A stretch of DNA of 63,794 nucleotides, filler included. It is 6 parts of 6 records of this genome, joined end to end, with 100 filler letters (N's around TTAATTAATTAA, not from the genome) between each part and the next. Parts side by side here need not be neighbours in the genome. Positions count along the whole stretch, not along the records: positions 33,994 to 42,558 come from SRR31147125_33625; positions 42,659 to 49,650 come from SRR31147125_33628; 4 more parts are not named here. One strand, written 5' to 3'. Below are positions 38,071 through 48,458 of this stretch, piece after piece. Each line of letters begins with the position of its first letter. Within the stretch, counting starts at the first letter, position 1. The notes beneath the pieces are model-generated. The model was not told the origin of the DNA, did not search any database, and saw only the letters and a list, made by a program, of their open reading frames with translations. Position numbers and translations under genes: made by a program.

Positions 38071-38994
38071 ATGGAACTGACGACATCTCACCTTTCCAGC
38101 AATAACTCCCTTCCCCTGAAAGCGGCTCTGTATACCGGATTTCTTTGCTTGCTGTTCGGGGGAAACGCTGTAGCGATAAAACTCACTCTGACGGGAATGG
38201 GCATTTTCACCACCGCCGGTATTCGATTCAGTATTGCTGCTTTAACCGTGTTCATCTGGGGAAAATCAACCGGGCAATCCTTTCGACTCAATAAGAATCA
38301 TGCCAAAAAGATTTTGATTCTCAGCATGATTTTCACGGTTCAGCTGCCTCTTTTTTATCACGGATTGGAGAGAACCACCGCTTCCCATGGCACGCTGATT
38401 GCCAACATATTACCATTTGTCGTTCTCATTCTTGCCCACATTTTCATTCCCGGAGACCGCATTACTTTCAAAAAAACCATCGGTATTGCATTGGGATTCA
38501 TTGGGGTCATCACCCTTTTAATGGGAAGTGCATCTTCTTCTACAACCAACTCCGTTCTGATAGGCGATTTACTGGTATGCGGTGCCGTGTTATTGTGGGG
38601 ATGCAATGCCACTTTTGTCAAGCGGATCAACTCGGAAGTCAGTGTACTCAACATTACCTTCTATCCCATGGCGATTGGTGGTCCCCTATTTTTGATTGCC
38701 GCCTTTTTTTGGGACAATGAAATGATTCGATCCTTTGACCGGACCGTTATCCAAGCCCTATTTTACCAGACGTTCATCACCGCCACCTACGGCTTTATCG
38801 CATGGAACGGCATGCTGCAAAAATTTGGTGCCACAGCCATTCACTCCTTCATTTTTATCATGCCGGTGTCCGGGATCTGTTTCAGTATTTTGCTGCTGGG
38901 AGAACCCCTAACGTCGAACATCCTGAGCGCCATCTTGTTGATTGTTGCCGGAACCGTTGTGGTCAACCGTCATCCAGCCGTTCCCACCCAATGA
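38071..38994 (+). CDS. DMT/EamA family transporter
   Basis: Ten-TM pattern with two EamA halves; PVSG..LLLGE motif. Confidence 0.88.
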   Translation: MELTTSHLSSNNSLPLKAALYTGFLCLLFGGNAVAIKLTLTGMGIFTTAGIRFSIAALTVFIWGKSTGQSFRLNKNHAKKILILSMIFTVQLPLFYHGLERTTASHGTLIANILPFVVLILAHIFIPGDRITFKKTIGIALGFIGVITLLMGSASSSTTNSVLIGDLLVCGAVLLWGCNATFVKRINSEVSVLNITFYPMAIGGPLFLIAAFFWDNEMIRSFDRTVIQALFYQTFITATYGFIAWNGMLQKFGATAIHSFIFIMPVSGICFSILLLGEPLTSNILSAILLIVAGTVVVNRHPAVPTQ

Positions 38995-39084
38995 GCATCC
39001 ATACCGCGGGTGGGTCGGATTCATCAAAGTTCTAGGAAAGATATCAACTGATATGGCCTAGGTCGTGCCGACATTTTCATGGCT

Positions 39085-40254
39085 TCACCGGCACTGATAA
39101 TGAACATTGAAGGTATCATGCGCCATCTCCAGAGTCTCCACCTGATGAAATCCGGCTTCTTCCAATAGGGCCAGGGCCCGTTGACGTCCCCACATCATCC
39201 CGAGTCCCATGCCCTCCCCGTCACCGCCCATTCCGACGGGCATGCAGTGCATGAGGCTCACCGTATAGAGAAACGGCCCCATGGGATGATCCAGATTATC
39301 GGAGTGCCGGGAGCCGGCATCGATGTCGATCATGGAGAAGATGCCGCCATCCGCCAGCATATGTCGAACGCTCTTGAGGGCCTCCAAAGGGCGGGTTTGA
39401 TCGTGGACGGCATCAAAGGCCATGATGTAATCGAATCGTCCGGCATAGGCGGTTTTTTCCATCAATGCGGCGGCATCTTCAAGCCAATAGGTGACATTTT
39501 TCAATCCCGTTCCACGCCCTCCCCCATCGTCACCGTCACTCCCATCGCCCCCCATGCGTGCCGCCTCTTGTTTGGCCGTTTCAATGGCTTTGGAATGGGT
39601 GTCGATGCCGACAAACTCCGAGTGTGGAAAATGCGCCGCCATGAGATTCAGGGCCACGCCTTCACCGCATCCGAGATCACACACTTGAATCCCCTGTTCC
39701 AGCCGTTGAATCAATTTGCCGTTATCCACACCCGGAAGAAACTTTTCCACCAGTACCTCCCGGTGTTTGGCATTGGATAGCTCGGACATGAAATGTTGAA
39801 ACTGAGGATAGACTGAAAACGGTGCCCCGTTCCCGGTGTCGAACCCATTCTCCACGGCGTCCATGGCACATTGGGTCAGTAATGGAATTTCCTGGGTGTA
39901 AACGCCCAGATTGGATGCCCCGGCCCGCCGAGTCAGGAAAGCCGCATGGTGCTTTGGAAGAAGGTAGCGTTCATCCCCTTCCGGCCCATGGGGTTGCACC
40001 GGATCCCGATCCATGCCGTCGGAGACGGTGTCGATGGCCAGGATCTCCACAACTCCTCCGGTGACCATGATTCCCAACCATTCATGGAGGTACCGCGGAT
40101 TCACATCGGCACGCGTTGCAATCTCTTCCACGGTGGCCGCCCGCCCCAACTCATCCATCACATCGAACAATTTCTTTTTATATCCGATGGACATCGCCAG
40201 ATTCAGTGCGCCGTAGTTTAAAATATCACTCATTTTTCGGCCGAAATCACTCAA
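39085..40254 (-). CDS. Class I SAM methyltransferase with N-terminal wHTH (Rv2258c-like)
   Basis: RYLHEWL, DLGCGEG, FDAVHDQ and SLMHCM motifs. Confidence 0.88.
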   Translation of the reverse strand: MSDFGRKMSDILNYGALNLAMSIGYKKKLFDVMDELGRAATVEEIATRADVNPRYLHEWLGIMVTGGVVEILAIDTVSDGMDRDPVQPHGPEGDERYLLPKHHAAFLTRRAGASNLGVYTQEIPLLTQCAMDAVENGFDTGNGAPFSVYPQFQHFMSELSNAKHREVLVEKFLPGVDNGKLIQRLEQGIQVCDLGCGEGVALNLMAAHFPHSEFVGIDTHSKAIETAKQEAARMGGDGSDGDDGGGRGTGLKNVTYWLEDAAALMEKTAYAGRFDYIMAFDAVHDQTRPLEALKSVRHMLADGGIFSMIDIDAGSRHSDNLDHPMGPFLYTVSLMHCMPVGMGGDGEGMGLGMMWGRQRALALLEEAGFHQVETLEMAHDTFNVHYQCR

Positions 40255-40410
40255 AATCTTCTCTCCTTGATATTATGAGGTATTGCTTGACAGATCATGC
40301 CAAGAGCGATAAACCCATTGAAAGACTAATCACCAAACGTATCAACCTTGTCATGTTGGTACATATACAAATCGAACAGACACTTTACGCAGAAACGGGA
40401 GAAAAATCAA

Positions 40411-40761
40411 ATGGCCAATTTTCTATTTGTTTTGAGCAAAGATGACAATGAAGCAGCAACCCGATGTTTTCAATTTGCAAAGATTGCCCACAGCAAAGGG
40501 CATCAGGTGAATCTTTTTTTCATCGATGGCGGCGTGGAATGGGCAAACAAGGACAGGGATCTGACACTGAAAACCACCACAGGGGATTGTCCCAACGATT
40601 ACTTGCCCTATCTGGTGGAAAATGAGGTGGTGACCGGAATCTGTACGCCTTGCGCCAAAAACAGGGCGTTGGATGAGGCGAAGTTTTTCCCGAACATGCA
40701 GCTGGACGGCGGACCGCATCTGATCGATATGGCCGCGGAAGCAAAGGTGTTCAATTTTTAG
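40411..40761 (+). CDS. DsrE family protein
   Basis: GHQVNLFFIDGGV and CTPCAKNR motifs; start reassigned to ATG 40411. Confidence 0.85.
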   Translation: MANFLFVLSKDDNEAATRCFQFAKIAHSKGHQVNLFFIDGGVEWANKDRDLTLKTTTGDCPNDYLPYLVENEVVTGICTPCAKNRALDEAKFFPNMQLDGGPHLIDMAAEAKVFNF

Positions 40762-40941
40762 AAATGGGCACGTAATAATTTTCCCATTTCGGGGGCGGGC
40801 ACAGATTAAAAAGCCCTCCCCTAATCGCAAAAATGGGCGACTTATTTAAAACCCGTTCCTTGAATGTGGGACTTTTTGTAACAAATTGGATCGTCAATCG
40901 TTGAAATTCGGCTGAGACTTTCAACCGGCAGCCTTTAACTA

Positions 40942-41855
40942 TCAACGATCCAACCTTGTAATCCCTTCTTTCTTTGCGATTTCAATCGCATCGATATACT
41001 CTTCAACGGTTATTCCTCGCGACAATGGTGGCGTTTGATGGGCGGTCCCGCAGGGTCGATATTGAGACATGATATTGACATAGGTGTTGGCTGACACGTC
41101 AGTTTTTAAAAAACGCATGACCTCTTTGGTGTCTGCCACCCCTTCCGGCATCACAAGGTGCCTGACCAACACCCCTCTTTGTGCGATCACGACGCCATCC
41201 TCATGGGAGGCAATTTTCAAGTCCCCCACCTGTCGATGCATCTCTTTAACGGCTTGCTTGACAACATCGGGATAATCGTTGGGTACCTCTGCCAATTCAG
41301 CGGTTTCCCTTTTAAAAATTTGATATCCGGCATATAAATATCAATTACTCCGTCCAGAAGCGAAAGGGTTTCCAAACTGTCGTATCCACCGGTATTGTAA
41401 ACCAGAGGAACAAAAAGCCCTTGCTCCGTTGCAATCTCAAGAGCCGCAAGAATCTGGGGTACCACATGGGAGGGGGACACGAAATTGATGTTGTGGCATC
41501 CCTGATTTTGAAGCGTCATCATCATATGGGCGATTTGATTTGCCGCAACCTCTATCCCCTCCCCTTGGTGACTGATCTCATAATTTTGGCAGAAGTTGCA
41601 AAGCATGTTGCAGTACGAAAAGAAAATGGTGCCGGATCCGTTTCGGCCCACCAAAGGAGACTCTTCCCCGAAATGAGGGGAGAAACTGCAGACAACGGCA
41701 TTCTTTCCGGTGTTGCAGATCCCCTTTTCATCAGCGATTCGATCCACACCACATGACCTGGGACAGAGGGTGCAGCACTGCAACAGATTATAAGCCTGCT
41801 CAATTTTTCTCTTCAATTCCCCACTCTTTTTAATTTTATGATAAGCGGGTTCCAT
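40942..41855 (-). pseudogene. PflX-like radical SAM protein split by a frameshift near 41310-41318
   Basis: CTLCPRSC, CNMLCNFCQN and DIYMPDIK, then EMHRQVG, VRHLVMP and MSQYRP in the -1 frame. Confidence 0.85.
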
Positions 41856-41889
41856 AATTTTCCTCTGTGCCTCCCTAAAATCATGTATG

Positions 41890-42213
41890 TTACAATCCAG
41901 TATCAAACTCCAAAAGCGATCCCTTCTCTATCACAACCCCCTCGGCGACCGGTAACGGCTCTTCCATTCCTTTTATGTAAACGAATATCGTGTAGATATC
42001 CGGAGGGATCGGAAACGCTTTCCAAAGAGGGTAGTCATTATCCCATCTTCTTCGTACCTGAAGAATTGTTTGTTCAGAGCTTTCAGAGATCAAATCGAAT
42101 CCTGTCATGTTCTGCTCGTTTTTCTTGATCTGAATTCCACTATCCAATGTAAGCACCGTTCCCTCTCCAGGTGAAATCAGTAAATCTTTTGTAACGACTG
42201 CAGGTTTCGGCAT
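41890..42213 (-). CDS. Hypothetical protein, possibly the C-terminal remnant of a longer beta-rich repeat protein
   Basis: Frame stays open about 20 codons upstream of the ATG (KALPEGTYSFEY), echoing the internal KAFPIPPDIYTIF. Confidence 0.45.
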   Translation of the reverse strand: MPKPAVVTKDLLISPGEGTVLTLDSGIQIKKNEQNMTGFDLISESSEQTILQVRRRWDNDYPLWKAFPIPPDIYTIFVYIKGMEEPLPVAEGVVIEKGSLLEFDTGL

Positions 42214-42332
42214 GGTTTTATAATGATACTCAAATGAATAGGTCCCTTCAGGAAGCGCCTTGGCAACAAAAAATAATAACTATTAAAATAGATGCTCCCC
42301 CTTTCATCAAATGAGAGGGGAGAGAGAGCTCA

Positions 42333-42558
42333 TTAATATAATGTGTAAACACACTTTCCATCTTTGCAAATAGTGCCTTTAATGCAAACATTAGCACATT
42401 CACCGCAATTGGAGGAATCACTGGAAAGATCAACGCATTCTCCGTTACAATTCGTCAATCCCTTATCACATACAATATATTGAACACAAGTTCCATTTTG
42501 GCATGTATATCCCTTATCACATACATTACCGCATTTTCCGCAATTCGTTCCATCACTC
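42333..42558 (-). CDS. Cys-rich repeat protein (Stig1/MXAN_6577-like), 5'-truncated and absent from the ORF track
   Basis: Translates SDGTNCGKCGNVC...CNGECVDLSSDSSNCGECANVC...CKDGKCVYTLY*. Confidence 0.8.
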
Positions 42559-42658
42559 NNNNNNNNNNNNNNNNNNNNNNNNNNNNNNNNNNNNNNNNNN
42601 NNTTAATTAATTAANNNNNNNNNNNNNNNNNNNNNNNNNNNNNNNNNNNNNNNNNNNN
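42559..42658. other. Artificial contig linker
   Basis: 44 N + TTAATTAATTAA + 44 N. Confidence 0.99.
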
Positions 42659-42938
42659 TTTTTTATTTGACATTTCATTAATATGACCAAATAAAACGGA
42701 CAAATGGAAAGCTACTACTACATTTGGTATATATTACATACTATATTTACTGAATTATAGGAATTAAATTTAATAACGTCAATACATTTGTTCTTTCACA
42801 TCCTCATTACATAACAATTTAATGTAAAAATATGTTCAAAACAGTATTTTATTAGTAATCAATCAGTTATACGACATTCAGTCTCTTTTAATAATGCTTT
42901 TTTCTTGCTTTTAATCAAATTTTTCCTATTTTTAACCT

Positions 42939-44309
42939 ATGATACAAAAATCATCCAAAGAACATACCTGTAAAAATCATCCGGATCGTGGCGCGACGAA
43001 AAGATGTCAGACGTGCTTGCAATACATATGCACGGACTGTCAAATCATTTTTCTGAATAAAACATTTTGCAGTCTCACTTGTCTGGTTAAGGCTCTTGCA
43101 CGCTCAATCATGGCACTCCTTAATATCAAGCCCAGGACACCTGCTCAAAAGCGCTCTTCTCTGATTTCGAAAATTCAAATCAAGCCCGCTCAACTTTTTC
43201 TTAATCTGTTATATATAACATTGATTCTTGCCATCTTTTTATCTCTGCAAAACCTGGCAAAAGAAATTCGTCTATTGCGATTCTCGCAACAAGCTAAAAT
43301 AGCAGAACCGGCTGAAAAAATTTCTATTCAGGAAAAATTTGCCGTGACAGAAGCACCCGGTGCCATGGTTCGGTCAAATAAAATTGACATTTCCGGAGAA
43401 GCAGACAAGGATCTGATTTTGAGCCTGATAATAAATGGCGAGCTAAAAGCTGTCACCATACCTGAAAAAGGCACATTTCATTTCGAGAATGTCCTCATAA
43501 ATTATGGGGACAACGAGATCATTGTCCGGGGTACAGATACGGCTGGAAACTCGATTGTTCTCGAGAGCATAAAAACCGTTTTTGGAAGCCCTCGATTGGA
43601 TTACCTGGCCCGGAATGTCATGCGAGGTAATAAAAAAGTAGCAAAAATTGCCTTAACATTTGATGGTGGAGCAGGTAATGGCGCAACCGGTCATATACTG
43701 GACTATCTCTCCCAAAAAAATATCCGCTGTACTATGTTTTTAACCGGTAATTTCATTAAAAGATATCCGGATATGGTGAAACGTATGATTGAAGATGGCC
43801 ATGAAATCGCTAACCATACATGGAGCCACCCACATCTGACAACCTTTGGTATGAACAGTCGTCACAATACACTTCCAAAAATAACACGCGAAATTCTTCA
43901 GGACGAACTCAAAAAAACAAATGCCCACTTTAATAAAATAACAGGAAAAAGCATGACGCCCTTTTGGCGGGCACCATTTGGCGAGCATAATTTGCAGATT
44001 AGAAGGTGGGCGTCAGAACTGGGTTACACTCAAATTGGCTGGACTATTGGCAACGGTGAAACCATGGACACTCTGGATTGGGTTGCTGATACCACGTCGG
44101 TAAGTTACAAAAAACCAGAAGCCATTTTGGAAAAAATATTAAATTTTGGCCATGATACTGAAAATAATGCCAATGGTGGCATCATACTCATGCATTTGGA
44201 TACTCAGCGAACCAAAGATCAACCTTATGAGATCATTCCGTCCCTGATTGACAGTTTGCAGCAACGAGGTTATGAACTCGTCACCATTTCAGAGCTCTTA
44301 AATTCATGA
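42939..44309 (+). CDS. Membrane-anchored polysaccharide deacetylase (B-box-like Zn finger, TM, Ig-like, NodB)
   Basis: CxxH..CxxC..CxxC; TM segment; LTFDGG, NHTWSH, RAPFG and ILMH motifs. Confidence 0.85.
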   Translation: MIQKSSKEHTCKNHPDRGATKRCQTCLQYICTDCQIIFLNKTFCSLTCLVKALARSIMALLNIKPRTPAQKRSSLISKIQIKPAQLFLNLLYITLILAIFLSLQNLAKEIRLLRFSQQAKIAEPAEKISIQEKFAVTEAPGAMVRSNKIDISGEADKDLILSLIINGELKAVTIPEKGTFHFENVLINYGDNEIIVRGTDTAGNSIVLESIKTVFGSPRLDYLARNVMRGNKKVAKIALTFDGGAGNGATGHILDYLSQKNIRCTMFLTGNFIKRYPDMVKRMIEDGHEIANHTWSHPHLTTFGMNSRHNTLPKITREILQDELKKTNAHFNKITGKSMTPFWRAPFGEHNLQIRRWASELGYTQIGWTIGNGETMDTLDWVADTTSVSYKKPEAILEKILNFGHDTENNANGGIILMHLDTQRTKDQPYEIIPSLIDSLQQRGYELVTISELLNS

Positions 44310-44866
44310 AAACGATGCAAAACTCTATTTTTAATATTATAAAATCGCGCAGAAGCATTCGTAAATTTCAGGAAAAGGATGTTTCACGAGACCTGTTAAC
44401 ACAATGCGTCGAAGCTGCAAGACTGGCGCCTTCAGCTGAAAATGTCGAACCATGGCGTTTTCTCATTATCGATGATCCGAAAACAAAAGCGAACCTGTGC
44501 AAACACGCTTTCAGCGGTGTTTATTCTGTCACACGCTGGGCTGCAAAAGCGCCCGTCCTGGTGGTGGTATTGGCAGAATTGGATATTCTCGCTAACAGAA
44601 TAGGAAAACAAATTACCGGTATTAATTATTATCTCATTGATATCGGTATAGCCGGGGAACACTTTGTTCTGCAGGCACAGGAGCTGGGTATCGGGACCTG
44701 CTGGATTGGCTGGTTTAGCGATAAAGGTGTGAGAAAAGCACTAAACATCCCTAAAAAATACAGACCTGTCTCTATATTGGCAGTCGGTTACCCTGAATCT
44801 AAAAAACTATCGGATAAAAAACGCCGCAACATCGACGAAATCTGTTGGTTTAATACAGTAAAATAA
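44306..44866 (+). CDS. Nitroreductase family protein
   Basis: RRSIRKF, APSAEN..PWRF and LGIGTCWIG motifs. Confidence 0.92.
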   Translation: MKTMQNSIFNIIKSRRSIRKFQEKDVSRDLLTQCVEAARLAPSAENVEPWRFLIIDDPKTKANLCKHAFSGVYSVTRWAAKAPVLVVVLAELDILANRIGKQITGINYYLIDIGIAGEHFVLQAQELGIGTCWIGWFSDKGVRKALNIPKKYRPVSILAVGYPESKKLSDKKRRNIDEICWFNTVK

Positions 44867-44894
44867 GAAATATTTTTCCGGGTTTGCTTTATAT

Positions 44895-45590
44895 ATGATA
44901 TTACCTCCCCTACAGCGCGGTACTCTTGTTCAAAGATACAAACGATTCCTTGCGGACGTCAAACTACCAGATGGAAATACCATTACGGTTCATTGTCCCA
45001 ACTCGGGAAGTATGCTATACTGCAGTGATCCCGGAAGTACGGTGATGCTCTCGCATAGTGATAATCCAAAACGAAAACATGCCTATACCTGGGAACTGGT
45101 CCTGGTTAATAGTGTGTGGGTAGGGATTAATACCATGGTTCCTAATTCGCTCGTATACGAATCCATTGTAGAAAACAAAATCCCTGCTCTCTCTGGCTAT
45201 AAATCAATTAAAAGAGAAGTAAAGTATGGCCAGAACAGCCGGATTGACTTGCTATTAAGTGTTAATGAGGATAAATGCTATGTGGAAGTAAAAAACGTAA
45301 CCCTGGCTCAGGATAATATCGCTCGTTTTCCGGATGCTGTGACAGCCCGCGGCACAAAACATCTGAATGAGCTCATAAGCATGGTTGAGCAGGGCTCAAG
45401 ATCTGTCATGTTTTACCTTGTACAAAGAAAAGACACGACTCTCTTTCAGCCGGCACAGTTAATCGATCCCGTTTACGCTGAAACGTTACAAAAAGCTGTT
45501 CAAAAAGGTGTTGAAATTTTGGTTTATCAAGCGGATGTAACTCCAAAAAAAATCACGTTGGGGCCATCGATTCCTTATCAGTTAGCATAA
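44895..45590 (+). CDS. sfsA: DNA/RNA nuclease SfsA
   Basis: RYKRFLADV, HCPNSGSM, EVKNVT and FPDAVTARGTKHL motifs. Confidence 0.95.
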   Translation: MILPPLQRGTLVQRYKRFLADVKLPDGNTITVHCPNSGSMLYCSDPGSTVMLSHSDNPKRKHAYTWELVLVNSVWVGINTMVPNSLVYESIVENKIPALSGYKSIKREVKYGQNSRIDLLLSVNEDKCYVEVKNVTLAQDNIARFPDAVTARGTKHLNELISMVEQGSRSVMFYLVQRKDTTLFQPAQLIDPVYAETLQKAVQKGVEILVYQADVTPKKITLGPSIPYQLA

Positions 45591-47335
45591 ATGCCTATGA
45601 ATATTCTTGGTATAAGTGATGTAACCGGCAATCACAGCCACAGCTGTGTTGTACTCATGCAGGATGGCCAGCTCACCTTTGCCCTATCACAGGAACGTAT
45701 AAGCCGGATAAAAAACGATTCAAACTTCCCATATGATGCTATCCAGGCGGCATTGGATTATTCCGGGCTGAGTGTGGAAAACATTGATTTTTTTACGTGC
45801 GCATACCCCCCGGCAAACTATTATCACAGCTTAATGTCGCATAGTCGTCGTGATTTACCCAGAACGTTGTTTCAAACAGCGCTATCCAGCCCTTTGAAAC
45901 TCGGTAAATATATTTTTCCCAATATTCGTAAAGGTTTATTTGATTCTCATCTCACCAATGGATTGTTCAAACTAGGCGTGCCCCAGGAAAAATTCTGTTT
46001 TATTGACCATCATCTCGCTCATGTCTCAGCCGCATATTTCTCCAGTCCATTTGAAAAGTGCCTCGGCATCAGTTACGGCGGCTTTGCACCCCATGATACG
46101 GGAGAAAATGTGGCCGGAGCAGTCTTTTTTTGTCATGGTGACAATATTCAGTTTCTCGAAGACATACCCATGTTTGCCACCGGCTGTTTTTTTCCGGTAT
46201 TGCCGTAGCTCTAGGCTTTACTTATATGCAACAGGAAGGCAAGATATCATCTCTGGCAGCACTTGGTGACGACTCAACCTGCTATGAGCAAGTATGTCGA
46301 CTAGCCCCCCGCTTTCAAAATGGAAAATGGCAGCCCAATCCCTATTGGATTGATTTCATTATGTCTCCCCGTAAAGAGGTTTTTTTAGCAACAAAAAGCG
46401 GACGAGCTCTCGATAAAATCCTTAAAAACCACTCCCCTCAGGATCTTGCTGCAGCTGCACAACGCGTATGGGAAGAGAACATTCTCTCGTTCATCTCACA
46501 CCTGAAAGAAAAATATGCTGTATCCAATTTTGTTTTAACAGGAGGCATTTTTAATAATAGTGTCATCAATACCAGCGCAGCCAACAAGCTTGATGCACAT
46601 TCTACCTGGGTACATCCTTTTCCTGGAGACGGTTCCACACCTATCGGTGCCATTATTGAAACGCACAGACAAAGGACCGGAAAGCCCCTGCGTTTCACTC
46701 TCAATGATATGGGATTAGGACTTGTTTTTTCAGAGAGTGCTATAAAACATGACCTCAAAAGGGCTGGTAATAGCATCACCCACACACAAATACAGGGAGA
46801 CTTGTCTCAATACACGGCACAACAAATCGCGGAAGGTAAAATCGTCGGTTGGTTTCAGGGACGGGAAGAGTATGGACCAAGATCGTTAGGATACCGATGT
46901 ATCCTGGCAGATCCTCGAAGTATAATCACCAGAAATCGCCTGACAAAAAAAGTCAAAAAAAGGGAGCCTTTTATACCCATTTCACCCTGTTGCCTGTCAG
47001 AGTATGGATCCGACTATTTTAAAGATTTTGAACCAAATCCATTCATGACCCGGTTATTTACAGCCATTCCAAAGCAAGCAAAACAAATCCCAGCCGCACT
47101 TCACATAAATAAAACAGCACGGGTACAGACGGTTGATAAAGAATATAATTTTCCTTTCCGCAAAATCATCGAATATTTCTATTCTATTACAAAACTCCCA
47201 ATGGTATTAAATACAAGCCTTAACAAACACGGTGAACCCATTGTTCATCGGCCTATAGAGGCTATCGAACTTTTACAACAAACAGATCTCGATGAATTGA
47301 TCATTGGACCCTATTCTGTAAAATCAAAAAGATAA
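45591..47335 (+). pseudogene. Carbamoyltransferase (NodU/CmcH family) split by a frameshift in the T7 run at 46187-46193
   Basis: ILGI..ERISRIK, HHLAH, EGK, WFQGREEYGPRSLG and LNTSLN..GEPIV motifs; one extra T fuses the two ORFs. Confidence 0.85.
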
Positions 47336-47385
47336 TCAAAAAAATAAAACGAATTGCAAGTATAAAAAAACGAAAAAGGTGATTT

Positions 47386-48382
47386 ATGATTGTTAGAACC
47401 AAAGCCTATGCCCGAGCCGGATTGGCAGGTAATCCTTCCGATGGTTATTTCGGAAAAACCCTGTCTGTGACTATCAGAAATTTTTATGCTGAAGTGACCA
47501 TGTACGAAACTCCTGATCTGGAAATCCTGCCCAATGAACGGGATCATTCCTATTTTGAAAACTTTGATCATCTGGTTCAGGATGTGCAAATACATGGTTA
47601 TTACGGTGGTATTCGTCTGATCAAGGCAGCCGCGAAAAAGTTTCATGACTATTGTCATGAAAAAGGGATTGTCTTGGCAGAAAAAAACTTTACTGTTCGC
47701 TACAACTCGAATATTCCGGTCCAGGTCGGATTGGCTGGTTCAAGTGCCATTGTCTCGGCTACGATTCGGGCATTGATGACTTTTTACGGAGTTGAAATCC
47801 CAAAGCCTCTTATTCCAAACCTCATCCTCAGTGTTGAAACAGATGAATTGAGCATTTCGGCTGGTTTACAGGATCGTGTTATCCAGGTGTACGAGGGTCT
47901 GGTTTATATGGATTTCAATAAAAAACTGATAGACAAACAGGGACATGGAACATATGAAAACCTGGATCCCAATTTACTGCCTCCTATTTATATGGCCTAC
48001 ATAAGTGATCTCAGTGAAATTTCCGGCATTGCTCATGGCAATTTACGCGGACGCTTTATGGCAGGAGACACAGCTGTTATTGATGCCATGAAATATTTTG
48101 CCGAACGGGCCGATCTGGCAAAGGAGGCTATTCTTGATCACAAACCTGATAAACTTCATGATATTATGAACGAAAATTTCGACAAACGAAGGGAGATCTT
48201 TCCCATCAGTCGAAAAAAACCTTGAAATGGTCAATGTCGCCCGTTCTGTCGGTGCCAGTGCAAAATTCTCCGGTAGTGGAGGCGCAATTGTCGGGACCTA
48301 TGACGACGAAAAAACATATAAGAAACTAAAAGAAGCACTGGCGGAAATTGGTGCCACAACATTAAAGCCAATATTGTCATAA
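47386..48382 (+). pseudogene. GHMP kinase, glucuronokinase-like; frameshift in the A7 run at 48213-48219
   Basis: ARAGLAGNPSD, PVQVGLAGSSA and GLQDRVIQ; the C-terminal AKFSGSGGA motif lies in the +1 frame, ending at TAA 48382. Confidence 0.85.
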
Positions 48383-48385
48383 AAC

Positions 48386-48429
48386 AAACAGGGATCGTAT
48401 CGTCTGATTAGACGCACGATCCCTGTTTT
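48386..48429 (+). terminator. Intrinsic terminator
   Basis: AAACAGGGATCGT...ACGATCCCTGTTT. Confidence 0.7.
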
Positions 48430-48458
48430 GAATATTTCACCTCTTTTTTCTGTTAATC

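Noticed and set aside
42248-42433. 61-aa minus-strand ORF in the track
   Set aside because: An alternative frame overlapping the better-supported Cys-rich frame and the downstream hairpin
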